35,577 nucleotides of DNA. It comes from a virus. This document shows positions 30,988-35,577 of this stretch, one piece after another. The translations under genes were made by a program, and so were the position numbers. Numbering within the stretch: position 1 is the first letter of the stretch; each line of letters begins with the position of its first letter. The DNA lies in the IMG/VR virus record IMGVR_UViG_3300002134_000021, positions 1 to 35,577 of that record; one strand, 5' to 3'. The notes beneath the pieces were generated by a model, which saw only the letters and a program-made list of their open reading frames with translations, was not told the DNA's origin and searched no databases.

Positions 30988-31679
30988 TGCATAGGTGTTC
31001 TGCCGTTACCGTGTAAGATAGCAGGCGTTGTTTTGGTTAGTTTGTTTACAACCTTTCCTTTACGTATTAAGAAGTCAGTACCTCCGTATTTAGGGTTGCC
31101 GTTATCGTCTTGATGAATGGAGAATGAAGCTTTGTCTATTCGTTTGCCTTTAGATGGTTTAACGGGGTCGAAGGCTATGCTTTGGAATAGTTCGCAGCCG
31201 TAATCTAGTTCAATCGGAAACCCGTCTTTCTTAGCCTGAATGAAAGCTACCATAGTTTCAAGTTGACAGTTAGCTGTCATAGGTAGCTTACCAATGTACT
31301 TATCAACGAACTCAATCATTAAAGCAAGTGAACCGCCATATCCTCCGTTGTTCAAGTATCGCCACGGTGTTTCGACGGTTGGTTTAGGGTACTCGTTAGC
31401 CATGTGAGGATGCGGAAAACATTGCTTTTCCGTTGACCATATCAACCTGTCGTTAGGCACGGTAAAAGGACGTTGGCAGAATGTGTCACCACCATCCGAA
31501 TAGATGAATGTATCGTGACCTGTTGCCGCCCTTCGGTACAATTGGACTAGGTTATTGAACACGCGCCCGTATGGAAACTCTGCGTTTGTTATTGCCATCT
31601 CATAGCCGAACCTTTCAAATGATTTGACCATTTGATTAGTCTGTTCGTTAGGTGCGTAGATGTTAGTACATACTATCAT
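30969..31679 (-). CDS. Glycosyltransferase, lysyl-hydroxylase (LH3/PLOD) GT-domain-like
   Basis: IYSDGGDTF (DxD-like) and YLNNGGYGGSLALMIEF, recalled as similar to YLNSGGFIG of PLOD-type GT domains. TAATG-coupled to the GT2 gene. Confidence 0.45.
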   Translation of the reverse strand: MIVCTNIYAPNEQTNQMVKSFERFGYEMAITNAEFPYGRVFNNLVQLYRRAATGHDTFIYSDGGDTFCQRPFTVPNDRLIWSTEKQCFPHPHMANEYPKPTVETPWRYLNNGGYGGSLALMIEFVDKYIGKLPMTANCQLETMVAFIQAKKDGFPIELDYGCELFQSIAFDPVKPSKGKRIDKASFSIHQDDNGNPKYGGTDFLIRKGKVVNKLTKTTPAILHGNGRTPMQWIYQL

Positions 31680-32446
31680 TAGTAATTGGCTTCTGAATAG
31701 ATTGATTTTGAACCACTAAGGTAAGCATTCTTTAGTTCATTATACGCTTTCATGTCTTCGCCCGAATGTTTTTCCTTCCAAGTTTGGTAGGGTGTTTCGC
31801 CTGTATCAATGTGGTCTATCTCAATCGAAGGAATAAAGCAAGAGTAGAAACCTGCAACGTGACAACGAACCGCAGCTAACGCATCATCAAATCCGTAAAG
31901 TCTAGGTTGATAAAGGTAGCCTATCTTGTCAAGCAAGTCGCTGTTGAACATCTGACACGTACCCATAACATGGTTGACCTTCTCAATCGGTAGCCAACGG
32001 TTATTAACGCCTCCGAGTAAAGCAAGGGTCGAACGGTAATGTGGGTTCTCGTGGTTAGGATTCTCCCAACAGTCCTTACGTTTCAATCCAACGATTCCGA
32101 TAGACGGGTCTAACTGGACGGCTAGTTCTAAATCATCGCACCAATCCTTCTTATGTATCACTACATCGTTATCCATCTTAACGCAATGCTCACCCTCCTT
32201 ACGTTCTTGCCATGCTATATTGATAGCCTTTGCCGTTCCTAGATTCTGCCCGTTGGTATGTATGGTTATGTATGGTTCAAAGTCCTTCAACAGTTGCTTC
32301 GTTGCTTTGCAGCTTGCGTTGTCAATCACGTGTATTCTATGCTTCGCCATGTTAACCGTCTGCATCAACGATTTAATCGTTCGCTTGGTGTACTCGGTTC
32401 GATTGTTTTCTTCTGTATCGTAACAGCAAAGAGCAATTAAAGCCAT
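31679..32446 (-). CDS. Family 2 (GT-A) glycosyltransferase (start moved to the ATG at 32446)
   Basis: VIDNAS, NLGTAKAINIAW and the DxD motif KMDNDV. The track start at 32575 would overlap the upstream ORF by 139 nt. MALIALCCYD begins at 32444-32446. Confidence 0.75.
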   Translation of the reverse strand: MALIALCCYDTEENNRTEYTKRTIKSLMQTVNMAKHRIHVIDNASCKATKQLLKDFEPYITIHTNGQNLGTAKAINIAWQERKEGEHCVKMDNDVVIHKKDWCDDLELAVQLDPSIGIVGLKRKDCWENPNHENPHYRSTLALLGGVNNRWLPIEKVNHVMGTCQMFNSDLLDKIGYLYQPRLYGFDDALAAVRCHVAGFYSCFIPSIEIDHIDTGETPYQTWKEKHSGEDMKAYNELKNAYLSGSKSIYSEANY

Positions 32447-32667
32447 TGTTCTAATCGTTTGCCTAGTTGTTTGAGTGAACCTCCGCAAGTCCAACACACC
32501 TCCTGCCGACCACCTACCTTTAAAAAGATGGTTTGATAGATTGCACGTTTGTCCATTGGCATAGTTCCTGACCATTGCTCCGAAGCCATGCGTTTAATCT
32601 CATCAGCGTTGACCGCCATGAACTCCAGTTCTTCCGTGTTTAAAACATCGTTGCCCATAGCTTCCAT
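32437..32667 (-). CDS. Hypothetical protein
   Basis: 76 aa containing CWTCGG. No family recognised. Confidence 0.5.
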   Translation of the reverse strand: MEAMGNDVLNTEELEFMAVNADEIKRMASEQWSGTMPMDKRAIYQTIFLKVGGRQEVCWTCGGSLKQLGKRLEQWL

Positions 32668-32864
32668 TGTACTTGACGGGTGAATACTGCAATTCCTACA
32701 AATGTAACTACCTCAATCGGATATGAATACGTTAGCAAAGATACGATTAACGACATCCAAAACGTCATACACATCTCACAGTTAAAAGGCTTAATCTGTA
32801 TTCTCTTTGTGAATTGTGTTACAGCCATTGCGAACACAGCCGTTGCCATTGCTTCTAGTATCAT
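32640..32864 (-). CDS. Small membrane protein (DUF1360-like)
   Basis: 74 aa with 2-3 hydrophobic segments. FNCEMCMTFWMSLIV resembles the DUF1360 C..C..W motif. Confidence 0.5.
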   Translation of the reverse strand: MILEAMATAVFAMAVTQFTKRIQIKPFNCEMCMTFWMSLIVSLLTYSYPIEVVTFVGIAVFTRQVQWKLWATMF

Positions 32865-33334
32865 AGCTTGTCTTTAATAGTTTGCTTAACTTCTCGTACC
32901 GTATTGTACACGCTTGAATAGTTTATACCCACTTCACCTTCAACCTTGCGTAGTGAGCCACATTGAACGTATAACTTAAACAGGTCGCGTTTATACCAAT
33001 ACACGCCTTTCAGAATGTCTTCAACCTTGTCTAGTAGTTCGTCAATGCTTTCATCGTATTCTTGCTCACTATCAAAGTTCAAGTCCTCAACGTTGATATA
33101 CTTCTTACTGTAAAGTTTGGTGAAGTTGCCTCTTGCTCCTGTCATGTTTATCATTACACGAACGCACCAAAAGTTAAAATACTGCGATAGCTTTTCAAGT
33201 TCTGAATCATCCTTCTCACATATTATCAGCGCAAGTTCCTGAATCAAGTCGGCTCTATCTTCGCCTACTAAGCGATACGCTAAAGAGTTTAGCGAAGGGT
33301 CGTTTAATACTTGGTTGCATAGGCGTTCTTTCAC
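32861..33334 (-). CDS. ECF-like sigma-70 family factor
   Basis: Region 2-like RADLIQELALIICEK...YFNFWCVRVMINM. Region 4 HTH-like DLFKLYVQCGSLRKVEGEVGINYSSVYNTVREVKQTI. GTG start. Confidence 0.6.
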   Translation of the reverse strand: MKERLCNQVLNDPSLNSLAYRLVGEDRADLIQELALIICEKDDSELEKLSQYFNFWCVRVMINMTGARGNFTKLYSKKYINVEDLNFDSEQEYDESIDELLDKVEDILKGVYWYKRDLFKLYVQCGSLRKVEGEVGINYSSVYNTVREVKQTIKDKL

Positions 33335-33337
33335 GGT

Positions 33338-33348
33338 GCTAATATAGC
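33338..33348 (-). promoter_or_regulatory. Variant dyad box (GCTATATTAGC) upstream of the sigma factor gene
   Basis: The minus strand reads TTTAAGCTATATTAGCACCGTG. The arms GCTA/TAGC are inverted. Confidence 0.4.
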
Positions 33349-33399
33349 TTAAATTGTATCACAATAGAATCGTTAGATGCTTTTTCAATGGTTAGTGAA

Positions 33400-34491
33400 T
33401 CAAACGTGATGCGTTAACCTTGCAACCTGACCGTTCTCAAATGAATGTAGGAAGCCTTCAATCGCTTTCTTCGCTCCAACGTAGCCTTGACGGTCATGCC
33501 ATGAATCCGAAGGCGATGGAGTTCTAAGGTATTCAGCCGTTACACCTATAAAGTCTTTACCACTCATAAACTTATGCGTTTGCTTGTGGTGAATGTGGTG
33601 CAAGTAGATATACCTAAACGGACAATCAGCAAACATTTGCGGTTGCTCCATTGCCATCAACATTGGTGTTTGGTCTAACTTAGCCCCATCTCCGTGGCTT
33701 GTGGCAATCATATTAACCCCGTATTTCGTGTACTTGCGGTGTCTAATACTAACGTCAAACGTCACATTCTTTGACCATCTGAAATACGCTTCGATTGTTT
33801 GAGCAAGCATAAAGCCACTCATATAATCATGGTTGGATGGGTTAAAGATAATCTCAACATCTGAATAGGGTAGTATTCGCTCAATAGCCCTAACGTACAT
33901 TTCTTTTGCAGCTATAAATGCTTCGTGCCACATTCCGCTTGTATCTTGCGGTGTTCCGCTTGTGGTCGTTCGTCTTGGCGTGTCAATGTGCAAGCAATCA
34001 TTCCCGATAACAAATATCACTTTGTCAATGTTGAATCCGAACGCCTTAGATAGAATACCGTCAACGCCTTCGTCTACTTGCTTAACAGCTTTATCAATGT
34101 CGTAATGTGAACCAGTTTCAGATAGTGTCGCGTATTTGCCAACATGAACGTCAGCAGGGTCTATAATCAAGCAATGAGGGTCAGTTACCTTTGACCGTTT
34201 AATGGTGTCAAACTTTGGGCTGTAACTTTGAAGGTCTAATAGTATCGGCTCGAATAGTTCTTCTAACGTAACCCCTTCGTTCTTTGCGAAGATTGAGAAC
34301 TTCTCGGACTTGTGCCAGTAGTGCTTAACGTCCTTTAGTTGTATTCCTGCCGCTTTGCATTGCTCTAATAGTTCGGGCAAATGACCTTTCTCGCGCCATG
34401 CTTCGATTATCTCAAACTCTTCTTTGGTAATCCGTGGGCGAAAGTTGTTTACTGCCATTGTTTTGGGGTTTAGTCTATTCTTGTAACTCAA
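33400..34491 (-). CDS. Calcineurin-like metallophosphoesterase with a ~100-aa N-terminal extension
   Basis: Motif series DPADVHVG, IGNDCLH, NPSNHD, TSHGDG, LHHIHH. Confidence 0.65.
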   Translation of the reverse strand: MSYKNRLNPKTMAVNNFRPRITKEEFEIIEAWREKGHLPELLEQCKAAGIQLKDVKHYWHKSEKFSIFAKNEGVTLEELFEPILLDLQSYSPKFDTIKRSKVTDPHCLIIDPADVHVGKYATLSETGSHYDIDKAVKQVDEGVDGILSKAFGFNIDKVIFVIGNDCLHIDTPRRTTTSGTPQDTSGMWHEAFIAAKEMYVRAIERILPYSDVEIIFNPSNHDYMSGFMLAQTIEAYFRWSKNVTFDVSIRHRKYTKYGVNMIATSHGDGAKLDQTPMLMAMEQPQMFADCPFRYIYLHHIHHKQTHKFMSGKDFIGVTAEYLRTPSPSDSWHDRQGYVGAKKAIEGFLHSFENGQVARLTHHV

Positions 34492-34678
34492 CTACACGCG
34501 CAAATTCCGCGTCAAGTTTACGAATCTTTTTTAACAATTCACGCCATTGTGCTTTTGCTTGCTTCCGCTCATCACTATTCTTTGAATGTTCAATGCCTAA
34601 ATTAGCTTGTATGCTTGCGTTTTGACGCAGCAAATCGTCAATTTCTAAACGTATTTCAGGGTTGTCGTGGTACTTCAT
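34475..34678 (-). CDS. Hypothetical protein
   Basis: 67-aa charged helical ORF. Confidence 0.5.
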   Translation of the reverse strand: MKYHDNPEIRLEIDDLLRQNASIQANLGIEHSKNSDERKQAKAQWRELLKKIRKLDAEFARVVELQE

Positions 34679-34851
34679 TAGTTTAATTTAGTTAGTGGTT
34701 TAGTTCTCCAGTCGTATTTCGCTCCACAGTCACACCAGAACAGTATTTCGGGTTGTGATTCCGTTGGTGATTCCGTTCGTTCTTCGGGTTCATAATTAAC
34801 GATTAAAGGCAATACGCACATTGCAAGGTAGATGTATGCTAGTGTTTTCAT
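34678..34851 (-). CDS. Unannotated 57-aa ORF with a signal-peptide-like N-terminus
   Basis: My translation is MKTLAYIYLAMCVLPLIVNYEPEERTESPTESQPEILFWCDCGAKYDWRTKPLTKLN. The ATG overlaps the upstream stop (ATGA) and the stop overlaps the downstream ATG (TAATG). Confidence 0.5.
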   Translation of the reverse strand: MKTLAYIYLAMCVLPLIVNYEPEERTESPTESQPEILFWCDCGAKYDWRTKPLTKLN

Positions 34852-35108
34852 TCGATTACCTCCACCTCGTTAATAATAACCTCGTCAATAGCTTGCTGAC
34901 ATCGCTCAACCAAATTGATTAACGATGAGTCAGTTGAGCCATTCTCGTAGACCGTGTTGAGAAACTTGTCCATCTCCTTGCAGAACGACAACCCCTTTTG
35001 TTTTAGTTGGTGTTTGAATGCGGTTGACCCTCCGAAGTCGTCAAGAGCCTCAACGAATGACTGAGCGAATACCAACGTCTTCAATGCTTTTTTGTGTTCT
35101 TGTTTCAT
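34848..35108 (-). CDS. Hypothetical protein
   Basis: 86-aa ORF coupled to its neighbours. Confidence 0.55.
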   Translation of the reverse strand: MKQEHKKALKTLVFAQSFVEALDDFGGSTAFKHQLKQKGLSFCKEMDKFLNTVYENGSTDSSLINLVERCQQAIDEVIINEVEVIE

Positions 35109-35410
35109 CCTTCGTTAATTAATTGGTTCAACTTCTCAATCGATGCGTTACGGGCTTCTTGACGGGTTTTACATACGCCTTCATTAAAACTGCGCAGTAA
35201 ATCACATAACGCCCAAAAGTATTCTAAGGGGTGTTCTTTGCTTATGTATAATTCATACCCCAAACTATCAGCCCAATCTTGATACGCACCCCACATAAAC
35301 GATTCTGGTAGGTCTTTGAACCATTCGTATTGTCGAAATGTGCCTTCTTGGTATTGGTCAACGTAATACGCTCTAAAAGCTTCCTTTGCTTTACCTGTTA
35401 GTGGTGTCAT
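35105..35410 (-). CDS. Hypothetical protein
   Basis: 101-aa ORF. Its 5' 198 nt are duplicated at 1..198. Confidence 0.6.
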   Translation of the reverse strand: MTPLTGKAKEAFRAYYVDQYQEGTFRQYEWFKDLPESFMWGAYQDWADSLGYELYISKEHPLEYFWALCDLLRSFNEGVCKTRQEARNASIEKLNQLINEG

Positions 35411-35577
35411 TTCTCGTTGTTTTTAATCGTTTCGTACAGCCACTCAATCCCCTTTTGCAGCCGTGGTTTAGCCGTTGACGTTGCGTAACTATTCGCATTA
35501 ACATACCCGAAAGCCTTAGCGATGTCAGCATTCTTTATCCTTAGTTCCTTTTTGATTTGCTTGATTGTCATTTGGTT
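35213..35577. repeat. Terminal redundancy copy B, identical to 1..365
   Basis: Same by-eye alignment as copy A. 35577-35213+1 = 365. Confidence 0.9.
35407..35577 (-). CDS. 3' part of the 91-aa ORF (duplicate of 195..365), truncated by the window end
   Basis: Lies inside the terminal redundancy. Confidence 0.6.
   Translation of the reverse strand, partial: NQMTIKQIKKELRIKNADIAKAFGYVNANSYATSTAKPRLQKGIEWLYETIKNNEK

Noticed and set aside
27551-32446. T4-like DNA base glycosylation as the role of the GT cassette
   Set aside because: I could not find a dCMP/dUMP hydroxymethylase (thymidylate-synthase-like), a nucleotide kinase or a dNTPase set to make a hydroxymethylated base acceptor. It is kept only as a low-probability alternative, testable by nucleoside LC-MS.
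31679-32575. Extended 298-aa version of the GT2 gene
   Set aside because: The first 43 codons overlap ORF 32437..32667 and look non-protein-like (MVRNYANGQTCNLSNHLFKGRW...). The GT-A fold begins at MALIALCCYD (ATG at 32446).

Overview
The window is one complete tailed dsDNA phage genome. The first 365 bp are repeated exactly at the end, giving a unique length of 35,212 bp. Every credible gene is on the minus strand, and genes are tightly packed with many ATGA or TAATG stop/start overlaps. I saw no tRNA, CRISPR array, integrase or repressor module. Expression signals point to a Bacteroidota (Flavobacteriia-like) host: TTTG-N18-21-TAnnTTTG promoters, no Shine-Dalgarno sequences and A-rich leaders. 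A DUF3127-type SSB and a DUF5675-like protein fit that host. In transcription order (high to low coordinates), a small-gene operon crosses the window junction (776 down to 195, continuing 35410 down to 33400) and includes a metallophosphoesterase. Next come an ECF-like sigma factor (32861..33334) and a sugar-modification cassette (GT2, LH3-like GT, LbH acyltransferase; 30239..32446). TerS and TerL follow, with a third glycosyltransferase ATGA-coupled to TerL. The virion module (11848..27376) holds tail/baseplate-like proteins, a tape-measure-like protein, XkdF protease, scaffold, major capsid, a portal with a MuF-like C-terminus, and a LamG fibre. The lysis cassette (10149..11606) has no recognisable muralytic enzyme. 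The recombination/replication module (973..10005) holds a Rad52-like annealase, Gp157-like protein, SSB, VRR-NUC, an SNF2 helicase fused to a DNA methyltransferase, a stand-alone DnaA domain IV protein and a gp4-like primase-helicase. No DNA polymerase is encoded. The best candidates for something new are: (1) the glycosylation cassette wrapped around the terminase genes; (2) the atypical lysis cassette with an unannotated 38-aa polycationic ORF; (3) the SNF2-methyltransferase fusion; (4) a GCTATTTA dyad box abutting late-gene start codons together with the phage sigma factor; (5) GTTCAC iterons plus the DnaA domain IV protein. All product calls come from motif recognition by eye and need profile or structure searches.
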